This document shows positions 18,380-27,945 of a DNA stretch of 38,383 nucleotides, piece after piece. The first letter of the stretch is position 1. Every line of letters starts with the position of its first letter. Made by a program: the position numbers and the translations under genes. The DNA lies in IMG/VR virus record IMGVR_UViG_3300020044_004715, positions 1 to 38,383 of that record. The stretch is one strand, 5' to 3'. The DNA is from a virus. Lineage: Duplodnaviria; Caudoviricetes. Under the pieces are notes generated by a model, which did not search any database, was not told the DNA's origin, and worked only from the letters and a program-made list of their open reading frames with translations.

Positions 18380-19429
18380 ATGGGGATCATTCTTGGCGCA
18401 CTGGGCGGCGCTTCTGACGCCTTGCTGAAAGGCATGGATGCTGACCGCGACCAAGCCAATGCAGAAGCCCGCATGCGGCTGGCAAACAGCTTGGATCTTG
18501 AGAAGGCCCAAGCCTTGGAGGCGCTCAAGAATGCCCCGTTGAATCGGTTGCAATCCCGCGCTCAAGCGCTTGCTGGACAAGAAGTACCGCAAGAGGCCGC
18601 GCCCGTCACATCGTTGTCAGGCACTTACGCATCTGATGCGGGCCCATCCAATGGCGGATTTCAAGGTGGCTTTAAGTCCATTCAATCCGCCATTGCTGGA
18701 ATGCCTGAGGGCGACGACAAGCAAGCAGCCATTGCTCAGCTCAAGCAGCAAATGGGTCAGGCCATGTCTGCCAGTTCCGCCGAGGCGTCTGGCAAGACCC
18801 GCAAGCGCACCTCTGACGAAGCCCTAGAGGCAGCATTAGGCGAAGCCAAGAGCAGTGATTTGGCAGCCTATGCTGCTGGCCGTGGCCTGGTTTCGGAAAA
18901 GACCATGACGATTCCTGAAGGCGCGACTGTCATTGATAAGAACGGCAAAGTGATTTTCAGCAGCGCCGATGCCAAGTCAGAGCGCGAACGTGAGCGCGAA
19001 GACCGCAGAGACACCCGCGAAGCTGCAAGGGAAGATGCACGCGATGCACGCCAGCAGAAGTACCTTGATGCCCGCGAGCGCCTAGCCGAAGTTCGTTCTG
19101 GCAAGGGTGATGGTGTATCCAGAGAAGAACGCCTGCGGTACACCAGCCTTTTCAACGAATCGGGGCGCCGCATGTCGGACATTCAAAAATCCATCAATAC
19201 ACTGCGCCGTGACCCAATGTATTCGATGGCAAAACCTGGATCAGCACAAGCTGGTGAACTAGCAGACCTGCAAAACCAGCTCAAGACCTACCAAGAGGAG
19301 CGCTCTTTGTACGGGCGCCTGCTTTCTGGCTCACAGAGTGGCGATGCCAGCACAACAGCACCCATGGCAGAATCTAGCCCAGCGCCTACGCAAGCGCGCC
19401 CCCCTCTGTCCTCTTTCCAAAAGAAGTGA
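18380..19429 (+). CDS. Putative internal virion/ejection protein
   Basis: 349 aa with MGIILGALGGA start, helical A/Q/R/E-rich body and GGAGG RBS. Precedes the giant protein. Confidence 0.6.
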   Translation: MGIILGALGGASDALLKGMDADRDQANAEARMRLANSLDLEKAQALEALKNAPLNRLQSRAQALAGQEVPQEAAPVTSLSGTYASDAGPSNGGFQGGFKSIQSAIAGMPEGDDKQAAIAQLKQQMGQAMSASSAEASGKTRKRTSDEALEAALGEAKSSDLAAYAAGRGLVSEKTMTIPEGATVIDKNGKVIFSSADAKSEREREREDRRDTREAAREDARDARQQKYLDARERLAEVRSGKGDGVSREERLRYTSLFNESGRRMSDIQKSINTLRRDPMYSMAKPGSAQAGELADLQNQLKTYQEERSLYGRLLSGSQSGDASTTAPMAESSPAPTQARPPLSSFQKK

Positions 19430-19432
19430 GCC

Positions 19433-22400
19433 ATGGCATTTGATATTGAAGGCGCCCGCAAGGCTGGTTACTCTGAAGGCGAGATTGCTGATTATCTTGG
19501 GCAAGAGTCTGGATTTGATACGGCTGCTGCGCTCAAGTCAGGCTACACGCCAGAGGACGTTATCAGCCATTTGACGGCTGCGCCAGAGCCAGCCAAGCAG
19601 CCAGCAGTAGAAGCCGCGCCCCCGGCAGAAGAAAAGTCGTTCCTGTCCTCCGTGGGCGATAACCTCACAACGCTGGCAAAGGGCGTTGGCTCTGCGCTCA
19701 ATCCTGTGGTTGGCCGATCTCTCAACATCGCACAAGGCCCCAAGGAAAAGAAAATCAACAGCGTGCTCGAAGGTGTGCAAATGCGCGATGTGCCATTTGA
19801 CCCTGTGGAAGCTGATCGCCTGTCGCGCAAGGACTACGCCCAAGAAGTTGAGACACGCGAAGCCCAGGCCAAGTATCCATCGATCAAAGAGTGGCGTGCC
19901 CCCATTCTGTCAGACCGCCAGAAGTTTGCAGAACAAAACCCCGTCACGGCAGGCTTTGCGCAATCGGCTGCATCTACCCTTGCAGGTACGCTGAACGTGC
20001 CTTCTGTGGCTGCGGGGCTGGTTGGAGAGGCTGGCAGCAAGTTTGCCAAAACAATCGGGGCTCCTGATTATTTCGGCAGGACGCCAAACATGCCTTTAGT
20101 TGATGACCTGAAAAGCATCAGCCAAGAATACTCATCGCAACTCTCGCGCAAGAGCCCCGGCAAGGCTTGGGATGACGGCGACTTTGGCCGCTGGATGATG
20201 ACCCAGCTTTCAGGCAATTCGTTCAGCGCTGCGCAGTCCCTTGGGGCGCTGTTTGTTCCAGGCGCTCAGGCATCGCTGCTGGCGTCGATGGGCGGCATTT
20301 CTGCTGGCAACGCTTACGCCGAGGGTGATTCTGCTTCTGCCGCTACGCTTAAAGGCTTGGTAGAGGCAGGCTCTGAAATGCTCCCCCTGAAAGCCGCAGA
20401 GGGCATCAAAGACATTGTGCTTTCCATCCCGACGCCTGTACGTGGACAAGTCTTGGCAGAAGCTGGCAAGCGCCTGCTTGCTGCTGGCACTGCCATCACA
20501 ACCAATTCCATGGTTGGAGCAATCGAAGAAGTAGCCGCAGAGATCGGCGGGAATGCAATTGACAAATATGTCAGTGGCAAAAACAAAAGCCTGTTTGAAG
20601 ACGTGGATCGTGCGGCCATCGTCGGTGCGGCTTTCGGCACTGCGTTCTCAGGCCCTGCTGTAGCTGAAACATTGTCCAGCCCGCAGGCCCGAGCTGCCCG
20701 TGAGTTGTCGCGTGGACTTCAGGCGCCGCAAACCGCGCCTGTAGAAACCTCAGTCTTTGAAGCGCTGCGCACTGGTCAAACCAACGGCGTCAATATCGAC
20801 CCCGTGGCAACTACCCTCTCTGCCGCAGCAGCAAAGCGTGTAGAGCATGAACGTGCGGTGGCTGAAATTGGCACAGCACAAACCGTGGATCAAGCCATTG
20901 AAGCTGCGCAACGTGCTGTAGAAGTGGCGCCTGAATCTACAGAATCCATTGCCCAGCGCATTCGTGAAATCGAAGAATCGCAATCCGCGCCAGCCATCCA
21001 GATGGAGCAGCCAGTAGAACAAGTCGCTCCCAATGCCGTGGCTGACATGGAGATTGCCCGCGATGGATCGCTGCGCATCATTGGCGACACGCAGGCTATT
21101 GCAGCCCAGCTCAAAGCCGCTGGCGTTTCTGGAGTTATTCCCACAGAATCAGGCGTTGTGGTTGGCCCAGCGCAAGCAGTGCAAGCGCAAACAATTCTAG
21201 GAGTCGCCGATGGTGCCGGAAATGGACGTGTGGAAAGCCCTGCGATTGCTCAGGGCACAGGGGCAAGCCAGCAGGTTGGAAGCCAACTTGATGCGGGCGT
21301 TCTTGCACGACCCGAAGGAATCGGTGCCGGATTCGCTCAACGACCTTTGCCACAAGCTGTGGCTACTCCAAGTGAGCCCGCCAACGCGCAGCCTGCACTA
21401 GCTCAGCCTCTACCTGCAGAAATTGCCAAGCAATATTCCCCTGCCAGCCCACGCCAGCAAACCGTAGCGTCACAGTTGCAGGCGCGCATTCGTGCGACCT
21501 ACCCTGCAGCAGATTTCAACGCCGTTGGCATCCCATCCGGCAAAGTTGGCAAGGCCATGTCAGAAGCAGCAGACACAGCTAAGCGCTTGTTTGGGATTGA
21601 TGTAAATTACGTCAAGTTCAACGGCGCCCCGTTGTTTGATGGTGTTCGTTCCGAGGCGTTCCCAAATACCATCTTCCTGCGCGCAGATGCCCCTAAGCCA
21701 CACATGGCGGTGTTGGGTCATGAGTTGCTTCACGAAATGCGTGGAACGACACCAAAGCTCTATGCAGATCTCGGCACCGCGCTGGACGCGCTGATCAAGA
21801 ACGACACGCAATATGCTGCTGATTTGGCGCGTCGGTACGAATCGCGTGGCGGCAAGCTGCCCAGTGAGTGGCGCGAAGAATTGCACGCTGATATTGTGGG
21901 CGACAACTTTGCAGACCCTCAATTCTGGGCCGAACTGTCACGCGAAAAGCCCGACCTGTTCACCCGACTGGCGAATGCTGTACGCCAGTTCCTGAATAGG
22001 ATTCTGCTGCGCGCAAAGCCATTCGGCACTGACGCCTATCTGCGCGATGTCCAAGCTGCCCGTGATGTTGTGTCAAGTGCGATGCAAAAATTCAGGGATT
22101 CACGCACAAAGCAACCTGCATTTTCTGTTGACGCTGCCACGGCACAGGCACAGAATCAAGGCTATGCAAACGAACCAACCAATCGCGGAACTGGAGCAGG
22201 AGCTGTCGATGCTGACGGCTACCGCACCGCAAGCGCAAGTCACCAGCAACTCGCAGACCAACTCTTGCAGCGAGTCCAGCGCGGCTATCCAAATGCCAGA
22301 TTTCACGCTGTGGATGCGCCAGATGGACTACGAGGACAATCACTCGTTGCCGCACGCACCACCGGGAAAAGACTATTCCGTCAGGATGTAGTTTTCGTAC

Positions 22401-25400
22401 AGTTCGACGGCCCGCCACTCTTTAACGGCGCCGTCAGTGATTCCATTCCAGGTGTTGTCTTTGTCCGCGCAGACACGGACAAACCGCACATGTCTATTCT
22501 TGGGCATGAACTCTTGCACCAACTGCGCAAGGAAACCCCCGGCCTGTATGACCAGCTTGCGGCACGCCTTGGCAAAATGGTCGAGAACGAAAGCGCTTAT
22601 GCCTCTCAACTTGCTGCACGGTATGAACGCCAGGGCGGGCAACTTCCCGCAGAGTGGCGCGAAGAACTGTATGCCGACATAGTAGGTGACAACTTCTCCA
22701 ATCCCGATTTCTGGGAAGCCATGGCGAAGGATCAGCCCGGCCTGTTCCAGCGCGTTGCCGAAGCTATCCGCAAGTTCTTGGATAACGTGTTGAGCCGTGC
22801 CGAGCCGTTTGCTACAGGCCAATACCTGCGCGATGTAGCTGCTGCACGGGATGCCGTTGTCGATGCAATGCGCCAATTCAGCGGTACACAGGTAGGCGCA
22901 CTGACAAGTCAGGTTGATGGTGTGGCTATGTCGGTTGCTAGCCAGCCAGAAACCAGCCAGCGTTTCAGCGAAGACAACACCAACAGCAACGGGCAGCCAA
23001 TTGCCAGCACCACAGAAGCGCTAAAGAACTTCCGCAAATGGTTTGGCGATAGCAAGGTGGTTGATGCGAAGGGTAGGCCGCTTGTCGTTTACCATGGAAC
23101 AAGCAAAGACTTTCCAGCGTTTGACAAAAATTTAGTTGGTCGAACATTTGGCACTGACAAACAAGGTTTGTTTTTTACGTCAAATCCCAATGAGGCTGCT
23201 AAATATGCTGATATGTCCGAAGCAATCGGCGGTGGATTTGCCAATGTAATGCCTGTGTATGTGAGACTGAAAAATCCATATATTGCTTTTGTGAGCGTTG
23301 ATTCTTCACAACAAGAGCCTGCGCGCTGGTTTGATGATCGCAAATACATAGTGGAAGAGGCTATAGCCAGCGGGAATGATGGCGTTATTGTTGAAAATGA
23401 AAATGGGGAAAAGCTAGTTATTGCATTCCGCCCTGACCAAATAAAATCTGCCATCGGCAATCGCGGCACCTATGACCCATCCAATCCAGACATTCGCTAC
23501 AGCTTTGCCGGGGAGTCCGCCAACACATCGGATGCAATGTCCCTTGAGTCGGCAAAGGAAAGGCTGGCCGCTGGAGAAGACGCTGAAATTGTCAGGCAAG
23601 ACACGGGATGGCATCGCGGCGTTGATGGACGCATGCGTTTTGAAATCAACGACTCAGATGCAAAGCTGATTTCAGAACCGAGCGACCCAGATGTTTACGC
23701 CGATGTGTGGGATGAAGCCGCCCAGCGTGAGCGCGGCGTTCCTTTGTCCATAGTTCTTGATCATCCTGCATTGTTTGCGGCATATCCGCGCCTGCGTGCA
23801 ATGCGGGTCAAGGTTGATTCCAGCAATAAGAACGCTGGCATGTATTCTGAAGATGACCGGGCTATTGTTGTAAAAGACCCCTACGACTACAAAGGTCGGT
23901 ATGACGAGCTGTTATCAGTTCTCCTGCATGAAATCCAGCACGGCATTCAGGCCATAGAAGGGTTTGCTACGGGCGCAAATCCCGCTGTCGATGGCGAAAA
24001 CAATTACTTGCGCAGCGCTGGAGAAGTAGAGGCCCGCAATACCTCCGCAAGAAAAAACCTCACCGCAGCAGAGCGTAAGGCCACAGCCCCAGGCAAAACC
24101 GCGGATATCCCTGATGCCGATGCAATCGTGACGTTCAATGGCCGAGTGGCGGCAAACGCGCCACCGCCAGCTAACGCCAAACCCATTAGCCGACAGCAAG
24201 ACAACTCGCAAGAATGGGCGATCCCCGAAGAGTCTCGCATTGATCGCATGATCTATGAGATGCAGGATTCTCGCGTTGACTTAAAGCGCGTTCAGGAATC
24301 CATCAAAGAAGCCAACCGAACCATTGAAGAGAAGTTCGACGCCCGCCAAGCCGAATCGCTGTTCCCTGGCCGTGTTGCCTACCGCGCCGACGACTTCCTG
24401 AAGTCTGAAGTTCGCCCACTGCTGCAAGCCATGGCGCTGAGCAAAATCAGCATGAACGAGCTGGCCGACTACCTTCACGCCCGTGGCGCTGAGGAACGCA
24501 ATGCGCAGATTGCCCGCATCAACCCCGACATGCCAGACGGTGGCGCAGGCACGAACACGCAAGGCGTCTTGATGACCAACCAAGCAGCACAGGACTACAT
24601 CAAGTCCCTGCCCGCTGATCGCGTCAAGGTCTTGGATTCGCTGGCCGCAAAGGTGGACGCCATCACCAAGGGCACCCGTGACCTGCTGGTCAATGAGGGT
24701 TTGGAAAAGCGCGAAGTGATTGACGCATGGGAGGCGGCTTACAAGAACTACGTGCCCATGTTCCGCGACGAAGCAGAATCGGGCAATCCGCATCCGTCTG
24801 GTGGTGGTTTCTCTGTGCGCGGCGGCAACAGCAAACGCGCCACAGGTTCGACCAAGAACGTCACCAACATCTTGGCCCACGTCCTCATGCAGCGCGAGGC
24901 CGCTATCACCAAAGCTGAAAAGAACCGCGTCGGCTTGTCGCTCTACGGTTTGGCACTGACCAATCCCAATCCTGAGTTCTGGGCAACTATTCGCCCCGGC
25001 ATGCAAGTGTCACAAATCGCGGCAGACCTCAAGGCTATGGGTGTTGATCCAGTCGTGGCAGAGGCTGGTATGCAAGGCGTGCCCACTGTTCGCACGGTTG
25101 ACACCATCCTTGATCGCGTGGTTGACAGGGCAAACCCTATGTACAAGAGCTTGCCAGGGGCTCTGACCGTCAAGATCAACGGCGAAGACCGCGTGTTGAT
25201 GTTCAACGAGAAAGATCCACGCGCACTGCGCATGGCTGAAAGTCTCAAGAACTTGGATGGTCTGACCCGCTTTGATTTGGCTGGCTCGATGATCGGCAAG
25301 ACAACCCGCTGGATGGCTGCAGTAAACACGCAATACAACCCAGCATTCGGCATTGTGAACGGCATACGCGACACTTTCGGCGGTGCTGTGAACCTGACCA

Positions 25401-26995
25401 GCACACCATTGCGCGGCAAGTCCTCAAAGGTTTTGCTGGATGCTTATGCAAAAGCAGGCCCAGCCATTGGCAAGGAACTGGCAAGCCCAGGCGGACAAAG
25501 CGAATGGGCCAAGCTGTATCGACAATTCAAAGAAGACGGTGGGCAGACTGGATATCGTGAAATGTTCAAGGACGCCAACGACCGCAGCCGTGCGATTGAG
25601 AATGAGCTAAAACTGCTGGAGAAGGCTGGGAAACTCACGCCGGGTAAAGCTGCTACAGCAATGCTCAATCTGCTGGATGGTTTCAACACCACGATTGAAA
25701 ACGCTGTCCGCTTGTCTGCGTACAAGAACGCTCTGGATCAAGGAATGAGCCGCGCCGCTTCGGCAAAGCTAGCCCGTGAACTGACGGTGGACTTCAACCG
25801 CAAGGGCCGCGCAGGCCGTGAACTTGGCCCGCTGTACGCTTTCTTCAACGCATCGGTACAAGGCACGGCCCGCACCATTGAAGCGATCAAAGGCCCCGCA
25901 GGCGCCAAGATCATCACAGGCGGGCTGGTGCTTGGTGCGTTGCAACCCCTGCTGCTGGCAATGGCAGGGTTTGACGATGATGAAATCCCCGAGTTCATCA
26001 AGACCCGCGCTTTCATCATCCCGCTTGCTGGCACGGAGAAGCGATTCATCGCAGTGCCGCTGCCTTTGGGATTGCACGTCATCCCGAACACTGGCCGCGT
26101 GATTGCTGAGCTTGCGATGAACGGCGGCAAGGATATTGGCAAGCGCACTTTTGAAGCGATTGGTGAAGTGGCTGGTGCATTCAATCCTCTTGGAGGTGGA
26201 AACATCTTCACTGCTGACGGCGCCTTGCGCACTGTGTCGCCAACCATCACGGATCCGCTGATTGAGATTGGCTTCAACAAGAACTTTGCTGGCAGCCAGA
26301 TTGAGCGTGGCGAACGTGGAGAAACTGATGTGCGTCCAGGCTTTGCACGCGCCAAGGAATCGACACAGCGCGCCTTGACAGGTCAAGCCTACCTTGGAAT
26401 CAGCAAGGCTATCAACAAGCTGTCCGGGGGGTCTGACTATGAAGCGGGACTGGTGAGCCCCACCCCTGAGCGCCTGAACTACTTGGCCCAGGTGGTGGGC
26501 GGCGGCGTGCTGCGCGAGATTGAGAAAACCATCAACCTGACAGACAAAGCCGCGAACGATGAGAAGGTTCAGCAGAACAAACTGCCTGTGATTGGGCGCC
26601 TGTTCGGGCAGGTTGATGAGGACTCCGTTAGCAAGTCGCGGTACTTTGAAGCATCCAAGAAGCTGGACAAAGCACAGGCCGCACTCAAGGCCGCGCAAAA
26701 GGCAGGAGATGTAGAGGCTGTGCGCAAGATGCTTGATGCATCGCCGGAGTTGATGTTAGGTCAAACTCAAGACAAAATAGCGCAAGAGATTGCAAAACTT
26801 AACAAAGTCGCAGTGATTACCATTGACGACCGCGAAAAGTTAAAGCAGCTCGATGAAGTCCGGTTGGTGTACATGAAGATGCTCAATGACGCAGTACGCC
26901 AGCAAGAATTGCAATCAGGCAAACCCACCCCCGGCCAGAGGCTGAGGGAATACGCCAAAACCAAGAGAGAAGAGGCAGCCAATGCAGGAAAGTAA
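19433..26995 (+). CDS. Large polyvalent internal virion protein: 2 x HExxH peptidase-like domain, ADP-ribosyltransferase-like domain, LPD23-like domain, LPD38-like C-terminus
   Basis: 2520 aa. GHELLH occurs twice, followed by FRKWFGDSKVVD..G.PLVVYHGT...FFT...QIKSAIGNRG, then TGW.RG.DGRMRFEI.D...LDHPALFAAYP...LLHEIQH.IQ.IEGF, then DFNRKG...LYAFFNASVQG. Confidence 0.85.
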   Translation: MAFDIEGARKAGYSEGEIADYLGQESGFDTAAALKSGYTPEDVISHLTAAPEPAKQPAVEAAPPAEEKSFLSSVGDNLTTLAKGVGSALNPVVGRSLNIAQGPKEKKINSVLEGVQMRDVPFDPVEADRLSRKDYAQEVETREAQAKYPSIKEWRAPILSDRQKFAEQNPVTAGFAQSAASTLAGTLNVPSVAAGLVGEAGSKFAKTIGAPDYFGRTPNMPLVDDLKSISQEYSSQLSRKSPGKAWDDGDFGRWMMTQLSGNSFSAAQSLGALFVPGAQASLLASMGGISAGNAYAEGDSASAATLKGLVEAGSEMLPLKAAEGIKDIVLSIPTPVRGQVLAEAGKRLLAAGTAITTNSMVGAIEEVAAEIGGNAIDKYVSGKNKSLFEDVDRAAIVGAAFGTAFSGPAVAETLSSPQARAARELSRGLQAPQTAPVETSVFEALRTGQTNGVNIDPVATTLSAAAAKRVEHERAVAEIGTAQTVDQAIEAAQRAVEVAPESTESIAQRIREIEESQSAPAIQMEQPVEQVAPNAVADMEIARDGSLRIIGDTQAIAAQLKAAGVSGVIPTESGVVVGPAQAVQAQTILGVADGAGNGRVESPAIAQGTGASQQVGSQLDAGVLARPEGIGAGFAQRPLPQAVATPSEPANAQPALAQPLPAEIAKQYSPASPRQQTVASQLQARIRATYPAADFNAVGIPSGKVGKAMSEAADTAKRLFGIDVNYVKFNGAPLFDGVRSEAFPNTIFLRADAPKPHMAVLGHELLHEMRGTTPKLYADLGTALDALIKNDTQYAADLARRYESRGGKLPSEWREELHADIVGDNFADPQFWAELSREKPDLFTRLANAVRQFLNRILLRAKPFGTDAYLRDVQAARDVVSSAMQKFRDSRTKQPAFSVDAATAQAQNQGYANEPTNRGTGAGAVDADGYRTASASHQQLADQLLQRVQRGYPNARFHAVDAPDGLRGQSLVAARTTGKRLFRQDVVFVQFDGPPLFNGAVSDSIPGVVFVRADTDKPHMSILGHELLHQLRKETPGLYDQLAARLGKMVENESAYASQLAARYERQGGQLPAEWREELYADIVGDNFSNPDFWEAMAKDQPGLFQRVAEAIRKFLDNVLSRAEPFATGQYLRDVAAARDAVVDAMRQFSGTQVGALTSQVDGVAMSVASQPETSQRFSEDNTNSNGQPIASTTEALKNFRKWFGDSKVVDAKGRPLVVYHGTSKDFPAFDKNLVGRTFGTDKQGLFFTSNPNEAAKYADMSEAIGGGFANVMPVYVRLKNPYIAFVSVDSSQQEPARWFDDRKYIVEEAIASGNDGVIVENENGEKLVIAFRPDQIKSAIGNRGTYDPSNPDIRYSFAGESANTSDAMSLESAKERLAAGEDAEIVRQDTGWHRGVDGRMRFEINDSDAKLISEPSDPDVYADVWDEAAQRERGVPLSIVLDHPALFAAYPRLRAMRVKVDSSNKNAGMYSEDDRAIVVKDPYDYKGRYDELLSVLLHEIQHGIQAIEGFATGANPAVDGENNYLRSAGEVEARNTSARKNLTAAERKATAPGKTADIPDADAIVTFNGRVAANAPPPANAKPISRQQDNSQEWAIPEESRIDRMIYEMQDSRVDLKRVQESIKEANRTIEEKFDARQAESLFPGRVAYRADDFLKSEVRPLLQAMALSKISMNELADYLHARGAEERNAQIARINPDMPDGGAGTNTQGVLMTNQAAQDYIKSLPADRVKVLDSLAAKVDAITKGTRDLLVNEGLEKREVIDAWEAAYKNYVPMFRDEAESGNPHPSGGGFSVRGGNSKRATGSTKNVTNILAHVLMQREAAITKAEKNRVGLSLYGLALTNPNPEFWATIRPGMQVSQIAADLKAMGVDPVVAEAGMQGVPTVRTVDTILDRVVDRANPMYKSLPGALTVKINGEDRVLMFNEKDPRALRMAESLKNLDGLTRFDLAGSMIGKTTRWMAAVNTQYNPAFGIVNGIRDTFGGAVNLTSTPLRGKSSKVLLDAYAKAGPAIGKELASPGGQSEWAKLYRQFKEDGGQTGYREMFKDANDRSRAIENELKLLEKAGKLTPGKAATAMLNLLDGFNTTIENAVRLSAYKNALDQGMSRAASAKLARELTVDFNRKGRAGRELGPLYAFFNASVQGTARTIEAIKGPAGAKIITGGLVLGALQPLLLAMAGFDDDEIPEFIKTRAFIIPLAGTEKRFIAVPLPLGLHVIPNTGRVIAELAMNGGKDIGKRTFEAIGEVAGAFNPLGGGNIFTADGALRTVSPTITDPLIEIGFNKNFAGSQIERGERGETDVRPGFARAKESTQRALTGQAYLGISKAINKLSGGSDYEAGLVSPTPERLNYLAQVVGGGVLREIEKTINLTDKAANDEKVQQNKLPVIGRLFGQVDEDSVSKSRYFEASKKLDKAQAALKAAQKAGDVEAVRKMLDASPELMLGQTQDKIAQEIAKLNKVAVITIDDREKLKQLDEVRLVYMKMLNDAVRQQELQSGKPTPGQRLREYAKTKREEAANAGK
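21431..22879 (+). repeat. Intragenic tandem duplication of a ~220-aa domain (about 21431-22093 and 22217-22879)
   Basis: Co-linear blocks in both copies, 786 nt apart: KRLF, PLF.G, RAD..KPHM..LGHELLH, GG.LP.EWREEL.ADIVGDNF..P.FW, YLRDV.AARD.V..AM..F. Confidence 0.95.
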
Positions 26996-27308
26996 AGAAA
27001 ACTTGCCAGAGGTTCGCCTCTCAGAACAAGCGCTTCAGGACATTGAAGCACGAATGGCGAAGGCCGTAGGGGATGGCATCAAGTTTGCCCTCACCGAAGA
27101 AAACGCCCGAGCCTTTTGGCTGGCTGCAATGTCAGGACTGCAGAAGTCTGCCACAGAAAACACAGGCCGTTTTGTGCTTGGCGGCATCCGGGCGATCTTC
27201 CGCAAGTTGCTTTTCTTTGCCCTGCTTGGGTGCTTAGCCTATATGGCTGGCGGCTGGACCCTGCTGGTTGCCGTGTACAAGGCTGCGTCTAGCAGCGGCA
27301 TGCCATGA
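26982..27308 (+). CDS. Membrane protein at the start of the lysis region (holin/antiholin candidate)
   Basis: 108 aa with C-terminal hydrophobic LLFFALLGCLAYMAGGWTLLVAVY. Confidence 0.6.
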   Translation: MQESKENLPEVRLSEQALQDIEARMAKAVGDGIKFALTEENARAFWLAAMSGLQKSATENTGRFVLGGIRAIFRKLLFFALLGCLAYMAGGWTLLVAVYKAASSSGMP

Positions 27309-27943
27309 ACTTGTTGCAATACCTCCAAGCTGCTGGCGTGCCGGATGAACTTCACGCCCAGGCATTAGCCAGCCTGCAAAAGGCCCAAGAGATTTCCAGC
27401 GGCATCACACCATACAAATGGTCTGCGCCGCTGGTCATGGCCTGGGTTGTTCCGCGCTTGCCTTGGGATGCCGAAGAACTGCCCCAGCGTTACGCCAAGT
27501 GGGACAACGATATCAGCATCAACGGAGACCCTTGGCCTTGGGCGCAAAAACCAGATGGTTCATGGTATCGCCACGCCCCGCTTGAAGACACTCCAGAAGT
27601 TCGCGCCCAATGCTATTGGGCAGAAGGCAGTCACCCACGCAGTAAATGGGCGCGATATGTCTGGCTTGGTCTGCGCAACCGCGCAAGCAAGCTAGCGTTT
27701 GACCTGGGCGCCAAAGCACAAGGTGAAATACAGACGTTTGGCGACACAGCTACAGGCCGGGCACATCCTGGCGTCTGCGTGTACCGAATGGGCGACCACT
27801 GGCAAATCATGTCGGTGGAAAAGAAAGGCCCCGTCATCGTGCGCCGCAACGTGGGCTGGAAGATAAACAACGTCCGGGACAATCAGCACACCGTTGCGAA
27901 TGTGACGTGGATTACTTGGTCGGTGCTACTGGCAAAGGATTGA
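27305..27943 (+). CDS. Trp-rich hypothetical protein
   Basis: 212 aa with WDNDISINGD, RYVWLGLRNRA and NVGWKI. ATGA-coupled. Confidence 0.75.
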   Translation: MNLLQYLQAAGVPDELHAQALASLQKAQEISSGITPYKWSAPLVMAWVVPRLPWDAEELPQRYAKWDNDISINGDPWPWAQKPDGSWYRHAPLEDTPEVRAQCYWAEGSHPRSKWARYVWLGLRNRASKLAFDLGAKAQGEIQTFGDTATGRAHPGVCVYRMGDHWQIMSVEKKGPVIVRRNVGWKINNVRDNQHTVANVTWITWSVLLAKD

Positions 27944-27945
27944 AG

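Noticed and set aside
21431-22879. Duplication considered as a diversity-generating retroelement TR/VR pair or an assembly artefact
   Set aside because: Differences are spread over all bases rather than confined to adenines, no reverse transcriptase is present, and the copies are too diverged to be a mis-assembly.
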